A stretch of 64,000 nt of DNA from Escherichia coli (GTDB taxonomy: Bacteria > Pseudomonadota > Gammaproteobacteria > Enterobacterales > Enterobacteriaceae): NCBI RefSeq assembly GCF_003334315.1, contig NZ_QOWR01000006.1; one strand, 5' to 3'. Positions 1-16,224 of the stretch are shown here, in pieces (position 1 is the stretch's first letter; every line of letters begins with the position of its first letter). The notes beneath the pieces were generated by a model that was not told the origin of the DNA, searched no databases, and worked only from the letters and a program-made list of their open reading frames with translations. Made by a program: the position numbers and the translations under genes.

Positions 1-9
1 CTCAACTCC

Positions 10-561
10 TCAGGGCAACTCCGGCGGCAGCCACTCTTCGACTTCAATCAACACCAACAACGCCGCATCACCGCCATACTCTTTTGGTGCCTGATGAAAG
101 GCCATCACATGCGGATGTTGTGCCAGCCACAGCGGTGTTTGTTGCTTCAAAATATGCTTCCCGTGCCCATGCATCACGCAGGCGCAAAACACATGTTCAC
201 GGCGGCAGGCGGCAATCAACGCCCCCAGTTCCTGCTTGGCCTGCAGCTGCGTCAGACCGTGTAAATCCAAAAACAACTCCGGCGAATAATCGCCACGGCG
301 CAGTTTCTTCGCCTCAAAATGGCTGACATCCGGGCGAACATATTTCACCGGACCTTCGGTATTTAATAACGGCTGAAACTCATCGGAGAAATAATGGCTG
401 GCATCAGCCTGCTCCTGGATCAAGCGTTTCACCGGCACTTCGCTGATTTTTTTACGCTGCGGTCGGTGGACAATCGTGTCCTGCTTAATCTTGCGAGTCC
501 CCGCCATCAACTGGCGAAACAGAGCCTGGTCCTCCTCGCTAAGTGTTGTTTTCTTTTTCAT
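10..561 (-). CDS. smrB: Smr-domain endonuclease SmrB (YfcN), 183 aa
   Basis: Full-length ORF; translation recognised as SmrB with C-terminal Smr domain; lies beside prmB as in K-12. Confidence 0.9.
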
Positions 562-726
562 TTATCTGTCTCTATTTCTAATTTTCCTACAGTTTACCCG
601 ACTCGTAGCGCAATCGATCGTTTTAAACGTATTTTTCCTCACTCACCGCGCGTGAATGCTGATTTATCGTCATCTTCATGGCAAACTAGCCGCCGAAATT
701 ATTGCGATCATGCCCTGGAGGAATAC

Positions 727-1659
727 GTGGATAAAATTTTCGTTGATGAAGCAGTAAATGAGCTGCAAACCATTCAGGACATGTTGCGCTGGTCGGTGAG
801 CCGCTTCAGCGCGGCAAATATCTGGTACGGTCACGGTACCGATAACCCGTGGGATGAAGCCGTACAGCTGGTGTTGCCTTCGCTCTACCTGCCGCTGGAT
901 ATTCCGGAAGATATGCGCACCGCGCGTCTGACCTCCAGCGAAAAACACCGTATTGTTGAACGCGTGATCCGCCGCGTCAATGAACGCATTCCGGTGGCTT
1001 ACCTGACCAACAAAGCGTGGTTCTGCGGCCATGAATTTTACGTCGATGAACGCGTGCTGGTGCCGCGCTCGCCGATTGGTGAACTGATCAACAATAAATT
1101 TGCCGGACTTATCAGCAAGCAACCGCAGCATATTTTAGATATGTGTACTGGTAGCGGCTGCATCGCCATTGCCTGTGCTTATGCCTTCCCGGATGCAGAA
1201 GTCGACGCGGTGGATATCTCTCCAGACGCGCTGGCGGTTGCTGAACAGAACATCGAAGAACACGGTCTGATCCACAACGTCATTCCGATTCGTTCCGATC
1301 TGTTCCGCGACTTGCCGAAAGTGCAGTACGACCTGATTGTCACTAACCCGCCGTATGTCGATGCGGAAGATATGTCCGACCTGCCAAACGAATACCGCCA
1401 CGAGCCGGAACTGGGCCTGGCATCTGGCACTGACGGCCTGAAACTGACGCGTCGCATTCTCGGTAACGCGGCAGATTACCTTGCTGATGATGGCGTGTTG
1501 ATTTGTGAAGTCGGCAACAGCATGGTACATCTTATGGAACAATATCCGGATGTTCCGTTCACCTGGCTGGAGTTTGATAACGGCGGCGATGGTGTGTTTA
1601 TGCTCACCAAAGAGCAGCTTATTGCCGCACGAGAACATTTCGCGATTTATAAAGATTAA
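727..1659 (+). CDS. prmB: Ribosomal protein uL3 glutamine N5-methyltransferase PrmB, 310 aa
   Basis: Six-frame ORF 394..1659 is over-extended; likely GTG start at 727 preceded by GGAGG at 716-720; NPPY methyltransferase motif (VTNPPYV). Confidence 0.9.
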
Positions 1660-1693
1660 GTAAACACGCAAACACAACAATAACGGAGCCGTG

Positions 1694-2779
1694 ATGGCTG
1701 GAAACACAATTGGACAACTCTTTCGCGTAACCACCTTCGGCGAATCGCACGGGCTGGCGCTCGGCTGCATCGTCGATGGTGTTCCGCCAGGCATTCCGCT
1801 GACGGAAGCGGACCTGCAACATGACCTCGACCGTCGTCGCCCTGGGACATCGCGCTATACCACCCAGCGCCGCGAGCCGGATCAGGTCAAAATTCTCTCC
1901 GGTGTTTTTGAAGGCGTTACTACCGGCACCAGCATTGGCTTGTTGATCGAAAACACTGACCAGCGCTCTCAGGATTACAGTGCGATTAAGGACGTTTTCC
2001 GTCCAGGCCATGCCGATTACACCTACGAACAAAAATACGGTCTGCGCGATTATCGCGGCGGTGGACGTTCTTCCGCCCGCGAAACCGCCATGCGCGTGGC
2101 GGCAGGAGCTATTGCCAAAAAATATCTCGCCGAGAAATTTGGTATTGAAATCCGTGGCTGCCTGACCCAGATGGGCGACATTCCGCTGGATATCAAAGAC
2201 TGGTCGCAGGTCGAGCAAAATCCGTTTTTTTGCCCGGACCCCGACAAAATCGACGCGTTAGACGAGTTGATGCGTGCGCTGAAAAAAGAGGGCGACTCCA
2301 TCGGCGCTAAAGTCACCGTTGTTGCCAGTGGCGTTCCTGCCGGACTTGGCGAGCCGGTCTTTGACCGCCTGGATGCTGACATCGCCCATGCGCTGATGAG
2401 CATCAACGCGGTGAAAGGCGTGGAAATTGGCGACGGCTTTGACGTGGTGGCGCTGCGCGGCAGCCAGAACCGCGATGAAATCACCAAAGACGGTTTCCAG
2501 AGCAACCATGCGGGCGGCATTCTCGGCGGTATCAGCAGCGGGCAGCAAATCATTGCCCATATGGCGCTGAAACCGACCTCCAGCATTACCGTGCCGGGTC
2601 GTACCATTAACCGCTTTGGCGAAGAAGTTGAGATGATCACCAAAGGCCGTCACGATCCCTGTGTCGGGATCCGCGCAGCGCCGATCGCAGAAGCGATGCT
2701 GGCGATCGTTTTAATGGATCACCTGTTACGGCAACGGGCGCAAAATGCCGATGTGAAGACTGATATTCCACGCTGGTAA
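1694..2779 (+). CDS. aroC: Chorismate synthase AroC, 361 aa
   Basis: Translation [20 protein letters not shown]... recognised as chorismate synthase; ATG at 1694 with GGAG upstream. Confidence 0.95.
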   Translation: MAGNTIGQLFRVTTFGESHGLALGCIVDGVPPGIPLTEADLQHDLDRRRPGTSRYTTQRREPDQVKILSGVFEGVTTGTSIGLLIENTDQRSQDYSAIKDVFRPGHADYTYEQKYGLRDYRGGGRSSARETAMRVAAGAIAKKYLAEKFGIEIRGCLTQMGDIPLDIKDWSQVEQNPFFCPDPDKIDALDELMRALKKEGDSIGAKVTVVASGVPAGLGEPVFDRLDADIAHALMSINAVKGVEIGDGFDVVALRGSQNRDEITKDGFQSNHAGGILGGISSGQQIIAHMALKPTSSITVPGRTINRFGEEVEMITKGRHDPCVGIRAAPIAEAMLAIVLMDHLLRQRAQNADVKTDIPRW

Positions 2780-2782
2780 AAA

Positions 2783-3607
2783 ATGAATAAAACCGCGATT
2801 GCGCTGCTGGCTCTGCTTGCCAGTAGCGCCAGCCTGGCAGCGACGCCGTGGCAAAAAATAACCCAACCTGTGCCGGGTAGCGCACAATCGATAGGCAGTT
2901 TTTCTAATGGCTGTATTGTCGGCGCTGACACGCTGCCGATACAGTCCGAACATTATCAGGTCATGCGTACCGATCAGCGTCGCTATTTCGGTCACCCGGA
3001 TCTGGTGATGTTTATCCAGCGTCTGAGTAGCCAGGTGAGCAATCTGGGCATGGGTACGGTGCTGATTGGCGATATGGGGATGCCCGCTGGTGGGCGTTTC
3101 AACGGCGGTCATGCCAGCCACCAGACCGGACTGGATGTCGATATCTTTCTGCAACTGCCGAAAACTCGCTGGACCTCCGCGCAGCTCTTGCGCCCGCAAG
3201 CACTGGACTTAGTTTCCCGCGACGGTAAACACGTTGTCTCCACGCTGTGGAAGCCAGAAATTTTCAGCTTGATCAAACTCGCCGCCCAGGACAAAGACGT
3301 CACGCGCATTTTTGTTAATCCGGCGATTAAACAACAACTTTGCCTTGATGCGGGCACCGATCGCGACTGGTTGCGCAAAGTGCGACCCTGGTTCCAGCAT
3401 CGCGCGCATATGCATGTACGATTACGTTGCCCTGCCGATAGTCTGGAGTGTGAAGATCAACCTTTACCGCCATCAGGCGATGGTTGCGGGGCAGAACTGC
3501 AAAGCTGGTTTGAACCTCCAAAACCGGGAACAACAAAGCCTGAGAAGAAGACACCGCCTCCGTTGCCGCCTTCCTGCCAGGCGCTACTGGATGAGCACGT
3601 GATCTAA
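2783..3607 (+). CDS. mepA: Penicillin-insensitive murein DD-endopeptidase MepA, 274 aa
   Basis: Signal peptide [19 protein letters not shown]; recognised sequence; 3 bp after aroC stop. Confidence 0.93.
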
Positions 3608-4416
3608 TGGAAACGTTTAATAGCCTGTTTATGGTTTCCCCGCTGTTGCTGGGAGTTCTCTTTTTTGTCGCCATGCTGGCGGGATTTATCGACTCGATTG
3701 CCGGTGGCGGTGGGTTACTCACCATTCCGGCATTGATGGCAGCGGGGATGTCTCCCGCTAATGCGCTGGCAACCAATAAACTGCAAGCCTGCGGCGGCTC
3801 TATTTCCGCTACTATCTACTTTATTCGCCGCAAAGTGGTTAGTTTAAGCGATCAGAAACTCAATATCGCCATGACCTTTGTCGGCTCAATGAGCGGCGCA
3901 CTGCTGGTGCAATACGTTCAGGCTGATGTCTTACGGCAGATTTTGCCCATTCTGGTAATTTGTATCGGCCTCTATTTCTTGCTGATGCCAAAGCTAGGTG
4001 AAGAAGACCGCCAGCGCCGGATGTACGGTTTACCCTTCGCGTTAATAGCCGGTGGCTGCGTCGGTTTTTATGATGGATTCTTTGGCCCGGCTGCCGGGTC
4101 GTTTTACGCGCTGGCCTTCGTTACGCTGTGCGGATTTAACCTCGCCAAAGCCACGGCTCACGCCAAATTACTCAACGCAACGTCAAACATTGGCGGTCTG
4201 CTGCTGTTTATTCTCGGCGGCAAAGTGATTTGGGCGACGGGCTTTGTCATGCTGGTGGGGCAGTTCCTCGGCGCGCGCATGGGTTCACGGCTGGTGTTGA
4301 GCAAAGGACAAAAGCTGATCCGCCCGATGATTGTTATCGTCTCGGCGGTGATGAGTGCCAAATTACTTTACGATAGCCACGGACAGGAGATCCTCCACTG
4401 GTTGGGGATGAACTAA
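3607..4416 (+). CDS. yfcA: TauE/SafE-family inner membrane protein YfcA, 269 aa
   Basis: Polytopic hydrophobic ORF; TAATG overlap with mepA stop; recognised sequence. Confidence 0.9.
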   Translation: METFNSLFMVSPLLLGVLFFVAMLAGFIDSIAGGGGLLTIPALMAAGMSPANALATNKLQACGGSISATIYFIRRKVVSLSDQKLNIAMTFVGSMSGALLVQYVQADVLRQILPILVICIGLYFLLMPKLGEEDRQRRMYGLPFALIAGGCVGFYDGFFGPAAGSFYALAFVTLCGFNLAKATAHAKLLNATSNIGGLLLFILGGKVIWATGFVMLVGQFLGARMGSRLVLSKGQKLIRPMIVIVSAVMSAKLLYDSHGQEILHWLGMN

Positions 4417-4964
4417 TGAACAGTACACACCACTATGAGCAGTTGATTGAAATTTTTAATAGCTGCTTTGCCGATGAATTTAATACCCGTCTGATTAAAG
4501 GCGACGACGAACCGATCTATCTTCCTGCTGATGCGGAAGTACCGTATAACCGAATTGTCTTTGCCCACGGCTTTTATGCCAGCGCAATTCATGAGATTTC
4601 GCACTGGTGTATTGCCGGAAAAGCGCGCCGTGAGCTGGTTGATTTCGGCTACTGGTATTGCCCGGATGGGCGTGATGCCCAAACGCAAAGCCAGTTTGAA
4701 GATGTTGAAGTGAAGCCGCAGGCACTCGACTGGTTGTTCTGTGTGGCGGCGGGATATCCGTTTAACGTCAGTTGCGACAATCTGGAAGGCGACTTCGAAC
4801 CGGATCGTGTGGTGTTTCAACGGCGGGTACATGCGCAGGTGATGGAGTATCTGACAAATGGCATTCCCGAGCGTCCGGCACGCTTCATTAAAGCACTACA
4901 AAATTATTATCACACGCCGGAACTTACGGCGGAACAGTTCCCGTGGCCGGAAGCGCTCAACTGA
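4416..4964 (+). CDS. epmC: Elongation factor P hydroxylase EpmC (YfcM), 182 aa
   Basis: Recognised sequence; TAATG overlap with yfcA. Confidence 0.9.
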   Translation: MNSTHHYEQLIEIFNSCFADEFNTRLIKGDDEPIYLPADAEVPYNRIVFAHGFYASAIHEISHWCIAGKARRELVDFGYWYCPDGRDAQTQSQFEDVEVKPQALDWLFCVAAGYPFNVSCDNLEGDFEPDRVVFQRRVHAQVMEYLTNGIPERPARFIKALQNYYHTPELTAEQFPWPEALN

Positions 4965-4997
4965 AGCCGGTGCCACGTTTTACAATGAGGAAAGAAG

Positions 4998-5276
4998 ATG
5001 ATCGCGGAGTTTGAATCACGCATTCTGGCATTAATCGACGGTATGGTTGACCATGCCAGTGATGATGAGTTGTTTGCCAGTGGGTATTTGCGTGGCCACC
5101 TGACATTAGCCATCGCAGAACTGGAAAGTGGTGATGACCACTCCGCTCAGGCGGTGCATACGACCGTTAGCCAGAGTCTGGAAAAAGCCATTGGTGCCGG
5201 TGAATTGTCGCCGCGTGACCAGGCGCTGGTGACCGATATGTGGGAAAACCTGTTTCAGCAGGCGTCACAGCAGTAA
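4998..5276 (+). CDS. yfcL: Small conserved protein YfcL, 92 aa
   Basis: Recognised sequence; last gene of the co-directional cluster before a REP/BIME element. Confidence 0.85.
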
Positions 5277-5282
5277 GTTGCG

Positions 5283-5380
<98 letters not shown>

Positions 5381-5396
5381 ACACTGCGAGAGCAGA

Positions 5397-7469
<2,073 letters not shown>

Positions 7470-7478
7470 CTATTAAAT

Positions 7479-7514
7479 GGCTGATCGGACTTGTTCGGCG
7501 TACAAGTGTACGCT
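7479..7514 (+). promoter_or_regulatory. fabB control region: FadR-like site ggctgatcggacttgtt followed by FabR-like palindrome ggcgtacaagtgtacgct
   Basis: Resembles the fabA/fabB FadR activator site and the AGCGTACA-containing FabR operator as I recall them; lies ~50-80 bp upstream of the fabB ATG. Confidence 0.6.
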
Positions 7515-7561
7515 ATTGTGCATTCGAAACTTACTCTATGTGCGACTTACAGAGGTATTGA

Positions 7562-8782
7562 ATGAAACGTGCAGTGATTACTGGCCTGGGCATTGTTTCC
7601 AGCATCGGTAATAACCAGCAGGAAGTCCTGGCATCTCTGCGTGAAGGACGTTCAGGGATCACTTTCTCTCAGGAGCTGAAGGATTCCGGCATGCGTAGCC
7701 ACGTCTGGGGCAACGTAAAACTGGATACCACTGGCCTCATTGACCGCAAAGTTGTGCGCTTTATGAGCGACGCATCCATTTATGCATTCCTTTCTATGGA
7801 GCAGGCAATCGCTGATGCGGGCCTCTCTCCGGAAGCTTACCAGAATAACCCGCGCGTTGGCCTGATTGCAGGTTCCGGCGGCGGCTCCCCGCGTTTCCAG
7901 GTGTTCGGCGCTGACGCAATGCGCGGCCCGCGCGGCCTGAAAGCGGTTGGCCCGTATGTGGTCACCAAAGCGATGGCATCCGGCGTTTCTGCCTGCCTCG
8001 CCACCCCGTTTAAAATTCATGGCGTTAACTACTCCATCAGCTCCGCGTGTGCGACTTCCGCACACTGTATCGGTAACGCAGTAGAGCAGATCCAACTGGG
8101 CAAACAGGACATCGTGTTTGCTGGCGGCGGCGAAGAGCTGTGCTGGGAAATGGCTTGCGAATTCGACGCAATGGGTGCGCTGTCTACTAAATACAACGAC
8201 ACCCCGGAAAAAGCCTCCCGTACTTACGACGCTCACCGTGACGGTTTCGTTATCGCTGGCGGCGGCGGTATGGTAGTGGTTGAAGAGCTGGAACACGCGC
8301 TGGCGCGTGGTGCTCACATCTATGCTGAAATCGTTGGCTACGGCGCAACCTCTGATGGTGCAGACATGGTTGCTCCGTCTGGCGAAGGCGCAGTACGCTG
8401 CATGAAGATGGCGATGCATGGCGTTGATACCCCAATCGATTACCTGAACTCCCACGGTACTTCGACTCCGGTTGGCGACGTGAAAGAGCTGGCAGCTATC
8501 CGTGAAGTGTTCGGCGATAAGAGCCCGGCGATTTCTGCAACCAAAGCCATGACCGGTCACTCTCTGGGCGCTGCTGGCGTACAGGAAGCTATCTACTCTC
8601 TGCTGATGCTGGAACACGGCTTTATCGCCCCGAGCATCAACATTGAAGAGCTGGACGAGCAGGCTGCGGGTCTGAACATCGTGACCGAAACGACCGATCG
8701 CGAACTGACCACCGTTATGTCTAACAGCTTCGGCTTCGGCGGCACCAACGCCACGCTGGTAATGCGCAAGCTGAAAGATTAA
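7562..8782 (+). CDS. fabB: 3-oxoacyl-ACP synthase I (KAS I) FabB, 406 aa
   Basis: Recognised sequence; active-site Cys in [12 protein letters not shown] and His in [19 protein letters not shown] at 7551-7555. Confidence 0.97.
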
Positions 8783-8788
8783 TTCGCA

Positions 8789-8824
8789 GTAGGTCGGAGT
8801 AGACGCGCCAGCGTCGCATCCGAC
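8789..8824. repeat. REP element
   Basis: gtaggtcggagtagacgcgccagcgtcgcatccgac, REP-family palindrome just after fabB. Confidence 0.7.
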
Positions 8825-8860
8825 GTTACGCGCCAATGCGGCCTCCGGCACTAACGCAAA

Positions 8861-8886
8861 AGGGAACCTGATGGTTCCCTTTTTCA
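8861..8886 (+). terminator. Intrinsic terminator downstream of fabB
   Basis: Hairpin gggaacc-tgat-ggttccc followed by a T-run. Confidence 0.7.
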
Positions 8887-9043
8887 CATCATTGACAATC
8901 GCCGCCAGTTCCAGGCAAACTTCCCGCTTTGTCGATTTCCTTCTGAAAAGACGTACGCGTTAAATCCTGCCAACGCACCGTAACCCTGAAACCAGAGAGA
9001 TGAGACGGGGATACTCCTCGCCTTGCGCTGCATTCTGGAGTAA

Positions 9044-11217
<2,174 letters not shown>

Positions 11218-11315
11218 TACGTATCCTTATACCTGAAATCTTCGCAAGTATGCCTGGCCGCGAGATTATGGCACACTTGTCCGGTTAACTCTCGTCTCAT
11301 ACAGGTAACACAAAC

Positions 11316-12452
11316 GTGAAAATCCTTGTTGATGAAAATATGCCTTATGCCCGCGACTTATTTAGCCGTTTGGGTGAGGTGACCGCGGTTCCCGGGCGTC
11401 CAATCCCCGTCGCTCAACTGGCAGACGCGGATGCGCTGATGGTGCGTTCGGTCACGAAAGTGAATGAATCTTTGCTGGCAGGAAAACCCATTAAATTTGT
11501 TGGCACTGCCACTGCGGGGACCGACCATGTCGATGAAGCATGGTTGAAGCAGGCGGGAATTGGTTTTTCCGCTGCACCTGGCTGTAATGCGATTGCGGTG
11601 GTGGAATATGTTTTCTCCTCCCTGCTGATGCTTGCCGAACGCGATGGATTTTCACTGTACGACCGTACGGTGGGGATCGTGGGCGTTGGTAACGTTGGAC
11701 GTCGATTGCAGGCGCGACTGGAAGCGTTAGGGATTAAAACCTTACTTTGCGATCCGCCTCGCGCCGACCGTGGGGATGAGGGTGATTTCCGCTCGCTGGA
11801 TGAGTTAGTCCAGCGCGCGGATATTCTGACTTTCCATACGCCACTCTTTAAAGATGGTCCGTACAAAACGCTACATCTGGCGGATGAAAAACTGATCCGT
11901 AGCCTGAAGCCCGGAGCGATTCTGATTAACGCCTGCCGTGGCGCAGTCGTCGATAATACTGCGTTGCTGACCTGCCTGAATGAAGGCCAGAAGTTAAGCG
12001 TAGTGCTGGATGTCTGGGAAGGCGAACCGGAACTCAACGTCGAGCTGCTGAAAAAAGTGGATATCGGCACGCCGCATATCGCAGGCTATACCCTGGAAGG
12101 TAAAGCACGCGGTACTACGCAAGTGTTTGAAGCTTATAGCAAGTTTATTGGGCATGAACAGCACGTTGCGCTGGATACATTACTGCCTGCGCCAGAGTTT
12201 GGTCGCATTACGCTGCATGGCCCGCTCGATCAACCGACGCTGAAAAGGCTGGTGCATTTGGTGTATGATGTGCGCCGCGATGACGCACCGCTGCGTAAAG
12301 TCGCCGGGATACCGGGTGAGTTCGATAAACTGCGCAAAAACTATCTTGAGCGCCGTGAATGGTCATCTCTGTATGTAATTTGTGATGACGCCAGTGCGGC
12401 ATCATTGCTGTGTAAACTGGGTTTTAACGCCGTTCATCATCCGGCACGTTAA
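11316..12452 (+). CDS. pdxB: Erythronate-4-phosphate dehydrogenase PdxB, 378 aa
   Basis: GTG start; NAD-binding [11 protein letters not shown]; recognised sequence. Confidence 0.93.
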   Translation: MKILVDENMPYARDLFSRLGEVTAVPGRPIPVAQLADADALMVRSVTKVNESLLAGKPIKFVGTATAGTDHVDEAWLKQAGIGFSAAPGCNAIAVVEYVFSSLLMLAERDGFSLYDRTVGIVGVGNVGRRLQARLEALGIKTLLCDPPRADRGDEGDFRSLDELVQRADILTFHTPLFKDGPYKTLHLADEKLIRSLKPGAILINACRGAVVDNTALLTCLNEGQKLSVVLDVWEGEPELNVELLKKVDIGTPHIAGYTLEGKARGTTQVFEAYSKFIGHEQHVALDTLLPAPEFGRITLHGPLDQPTLKRLVHLVYDVRRDDAPLRKVAGIPGEFDKLRKNYLERREWSSLYVICDDASAASLLCKLGFNAVHHPAR

Positions 12453-12517
12453 TCTCTTCTTCATGCTCTCTGCTGTAACATTGGCAGGGAGCTTTGCTAT
12501 TTCTGGAGTAAACCACC

Positions 12518-13531
12518 ATGTCTGAAGGCTGGAACATTGCCGTCCTGGGCGCAACTGGCGCTGTGGGCGAAGCCCTGCTTGAAACGCTGGCTGAACGTCA
12601 GTTCCCGGTTGGGGAAATTTATGCACTGGCACGTAACGAAAGCGCAGGCGAACAACTGCGCTTTGGTGGTAAGACAATCACCGTGCAGGATGCCGCTGAA
12701 TTCGACTGGACGCAGGCGCAGCTGGCATTTTTTGTCGCAGGCAAAGAAGCTACCGCTGCCTGGGTTGAAGAAGCGACCAACTCAGGTTGCCTGGTGATCG
12801 ACAGCAGTGGATTGTTTGCTCTCGAACCCGACGTACCGCTGGTGGTGCCGGAAGTAAACCCGTTTGTACTGACAGATTACCGGAACCGGAATGTCATCGC
12901 CGTACCAGACAGTCTGACCAGCCAGCTGCTGGCGGCACTGAAACCGTTAATCGATCAGGGCGGTTTATCACGTATCAGCGTTACCAGCCTGATTTCAGCC
13001 TCCGCCCAGGGCAAAAAAGCGGTCGATGCGTTAGCGGGGCAGAGTGCGAAATTGCTCAACGGCATTCCGATTGACGAAGAAGATTTCTTCGGGCGTCAGC
13101 TGGCGTTCAACATGCTGCCGTTACTGCCGGATAGCGAAGGTAGCGTGCGTGAAGAACGTCGTATCGTTGACGAAGTACGCAAAATCCTGCAGGACGAAGG
13201 GCTGATGATTTCGGCTAGCGTCGTCCAGGCACCGGTATTCTACGGTCATGCCCAGATGGTCAACTTTGAAGCTCTGCGTCCACTGGCAGCAGAAGAAGCG
13301 CGTGATGCGTTTGTTCAAGGCGAAGATATTGTGCTCTCTGAAGAGAACGAATTCCCAACTCAGGTAGGTGATGCTTCGGGTACGCCGCATCTTTCTGTTG
13401 GCTGCGTGCGTAATGACTACGGTATGCCGGAGCAAGTCCAGTTCTGGTCGGTGGCCGATAACGTTCGCTTTGGCGGCGCGCTGATGGCAGTAAAAATCGC
13501 CGAGAAACTGGTGCAGGAGTATCTGTACTAA
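12518..13531 (+). CDS. usg: Usg-1, aspartate-semialdehyde dehydrogenase paralogue, 337 aa
   Basis: N-terminal Rossmann motif [14 protein letters not shown]; recognised sequence; upstream of truA. Confidence 0.9.
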
Positions 13532-14343
13532 TGTCCGACCAGCAACAACCGCCAGTTTATAAAATTGCGCTGGGCATTGAGTACGACGGCAGTAAGTATT
13601 ACGGCTGGCAACGGCAGAACGAAGTCCGCAGTGTGCAGGAGAAGCTGGAAAAGGCGCTCTCCCAGGTGGCGAACGAACCCATCACCGTCTTCTGCGCCGG
13701 GCGTACTGACGCAGGGGTACACGGTACCGGGCAGGTTGTGCATTTCGAAACAACCGCGCTGCGCAAAGACGCGGCGTGGACCTTGGGCGTAAATGCGAAT
13801 TTACCTGGTGACATCGCTGTGCGTTGGGTTAAAGCTGTACCTGATGATTTTCATGCCCGATTTAGCGCCACGGCTCGCCGTTATCGCTACATCATCTACA
13901 ATCATCGGCTGCGCCCGGCGGTACTGAGTAAAGGGGTAACCCATTTTTACGAACCGCTGGACGCTGAACGGATGCATCGGGCTGCGCAATGCTTGCTGGG
14001 CGAGAATGATTTCACCTCGTTCCGTGCGGTGCAGTGCCAGTCCCGAACCCCGTGGCGCAACGTTATGCATATTAATGTCACGCGTCACGGTCCTTATGTG
14101 GTGGTAGATATTAAAGCGAATGCTTTTGTACATCATATGGTCAGGAATATTGTCGGCAGCCTGATGGAAGTCGGTGCCCACAACCAGCCGGAGAGCTGGA
14201 TAGCAGAGTTGCTGGCGGCAAAGGACAGAACGCTGGCGGCAGCAACGGCAAAAGCGGAAGGGCTGTATCTGGTCGCGGTGGATTACCCTGACCGGTATGA
14301 TCTTCCAAAACCGCCAATGGGCCCGCTATTTCTGGCGGACTAA
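13531..14343 (+). CDS. truA: tRNA pseudouridine(38-40) synthase TruA, 270 aa
   Basis: Recognised sequence; TAATG overlap with usg stop. Confidence 0.95.
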   Translation: MSDQQQPPVYKIALGIEYDGSKYYGWQRQNEVRSVQEKLEKALSQVANEPITVFCAGRTDAGVHGTGQVVHFETTALRKDAAWTLGVNANLPGDIAVRWVKAVPDDFHARFSATARRYRYIIYNHRLRPAVLSKGVTHFYEPLDAERMHRAAQCLLGENDFTSFRAVQCQSRTPWRNVMHINVTRHGPYVVVDIKANAFVHHMVRNIVGSLMEVGAHNQPESWIAELLAAKDRTLAAATAKAEGLYLVAVDYPDRYDLPKPPMGPLFLAD

Positions 14344-14425
14344 CGAGAATAATGCTCGGAACATTTCAGGCTGTAGCCAACGTAGTTACAGCCTGAAAGA
14401 TGACGAGTACAAGGCATAGGCAAAT

Positions 14426-15085
14426 ATGGACCTGATTTATTTCCTCATCGATTTTATCCTGCACATTGACGTGCATCTGGCAGAGCTGGTCGCGGAGTAC
14501 GGCGTCTGGGTTTATGCCATTTTGTTCTTAATTTTGTTCTGTGAAACCGGTCTGGTGGTAACGCCGTTTTTACCGGGTGATTCATTGCTGTTTGTTGCCG
14601 GAGCGTTGGCATCACTGGAAACCAACGATCTCAACGTCCATATGATGGTGGTGCTGATGCTGATCGCCGCGATTGTGGGTGACGCGGTCAATTACACTAT
14701 CGGGCGGTTGTTCGGTGAAAAGTTGTTCAGTAATCCCAATTCGAAAATTTTCCGTCGCAGTTATCTCGACAAAACCCATCAGTTTTATGAGAAACATGGC
14801 GGCAAAACGATTATTCTCGCCCGTTTTGTGCCGATCGTCAGAACGTTCGCCCCGTTTGTTGCGGGAATGGGCCACATGTCGTACCGTCATTTCGCCGCTT
14901 ATAACGTGATCGGCGCACTGTTGTGGGTACTGCTTTTTACCTACGCAGGCTATTTCTTCGGTACAATCCCGATGGTTCAGGATAACCTTAAGCTGCTGAT
15001 CGTCGGGATTATTGTGGTTTCTATTTTGCCGGGCGTCATCGAAATAATCCGTCACAAACGCGCTGCGGCACGCGCCGCAAAATAA
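14426..15085 (+). CDS. dedA: DedA-family inner membrane protein, 219 aa
   Basis: Recognised sequence; hydrophobic with DedA/SNARE-associated core. Confidence 0.92.
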   Translation: MDLIYFLIDFILHIDVHLAELVAEYGVWVYAILFLILFCETGLVVTPFLPGDSLLFVAGALASLETNDLNVHMMVVLMLIAAIVGDAVNYTIGRLFGEKLFSNPNSKIFRRSYLDKTHQFYEKHGGKTIILARFVPIVRTFAPFVAGMGHMSYRHFAAYNVIGALLWVLLFTYAGYFFGTIPMVQDNLKLLIVGIIVVSILPGVIEIIRHKRAAARAAK

Positions 15086-15240
15086 AAAGTAACTCCGCGG
15101 TTCGACCACTTTTTTATCCAAAGTTTCGGGCTGTTATGTTTTAATGTGCAACATTCATGGTCTGTTGGGGGCAAAAATGGCATTATGCGTCCCCAAAGAT
15201 AAAACTGGCATCGAACCAGGTTCAGACAGAAAGGTCCCTA

Positions 15241-16155
15241 ATGAGCTGGATTGAACGAATTAAAAGCAACATTACTCCCACCCGCAAGGCGAGCATTCCT
15301 GAAGGGGTGTGGACTAAGTGTGATAGCTGCGGTCAGGTTTTATACCGCGCTGAGCTGGAACGTAATCTTGAGGTCTGTCCGAAGTGTGACCATCACATGC
15401 GTATGACAGCGCGTAATCGCCTGCATAGCCTGTTAGATGAAGGAAGCCTTGTGGAGCTGGGTAGCGAGCTTGAGCCGAAAGATGTGCTGAAGTTTCGTGA
15501 CTCCAAGAAGTATAAAGACCGTCTGGCATCTGCGCAGAAAGAAACCGGCGAAAAAGATGCGCTGGTGGTGATGAAAGGCACTCTGTATGGAATGCCGGTT
15601 GTCGCTGCGGCATTCGAGTTCGCCTTTATGGGCGGTTCAATGGGGTCTGTTGTGGGTGCACGTTTCGTGCGTGCCGTTGAGCAGGCGCTGGAAGATAACT
15701 GCCCGCTGATCTGCTTCTCCGCCTCTGGTGGCGCACGTATGCAGGAAGCACTGATGTCGCTGATGCAGATGGCGAAAACCTCTGCGGCACTGGCAAAAAT
15801 GCAGGAGCGCGGCTTGCCGTACATCTCCGTGCTGACCGACCCGACGATGGGCGGTGTTTCTGCAAGTTTCGCCATGTTGGGCGATCTCAACATCGCTGAA
15901 CCGAAAGCGTTAATCGGCTTTGCCGGTCCGCGTGTTATCGAACAGACCGTTCGCGAAAAACTGCCGCCTGGATTCCAGCGCAGTGAATTCCTGATCGAGA
16001 AAGGCGCGATCGACATGATCGTCCGTCGTCCGGAAATGCGCCTGAAACTGGCGAGCATTCTGGCGAAGTTGATGAATCTGCCAGCGCCGAATCCTGAAGC
16101 GCCGCGTGAAGGCGTAGTGGTACCCCCGGTACCGGATCAGGAACCTGAGGCCTGA
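15241..16155 (+). CDS. accD: Acetyl-CoA carboxylase carboxyltransferase beta subunit AccD, 304 aa
   Basis: ORF 15157..16155 trimmed to ATG at 15241 (MSWIERIK...); N-terminal Cys4 zinc finger CDSCGQ...CPKCDHH. Confidence 0.95.
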
Positions 16156-16224
16156 TAACTGATAAGGGCAGGGCCACTGGCTCTGCCCTTTTGCTATTCT
16201 CACCGTAACGAATCAGCGGATACC

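Noticed and set aside
394-1659. N-terminally extended versions of known genes in the six-frame track (prmB at 394, mnmC to 7463, accD at 15157, dedD at 17465, yfcC to 32107, yfbU at 36555, yfbT at 37060, rbn to 63117, nuoG at 48970).
   Set aside because: The extensions are upstream in-frame read-through lacking RBS support; trimmed starts restore the familiar N-termini with Shine-Dalgarno sequences.
1135-1794. 219-aa minus-strand ORF spanning the prmB-aroC junction.
   Set aside because: Antisense to two recognised genes and low-complexity; a shadow ORF.
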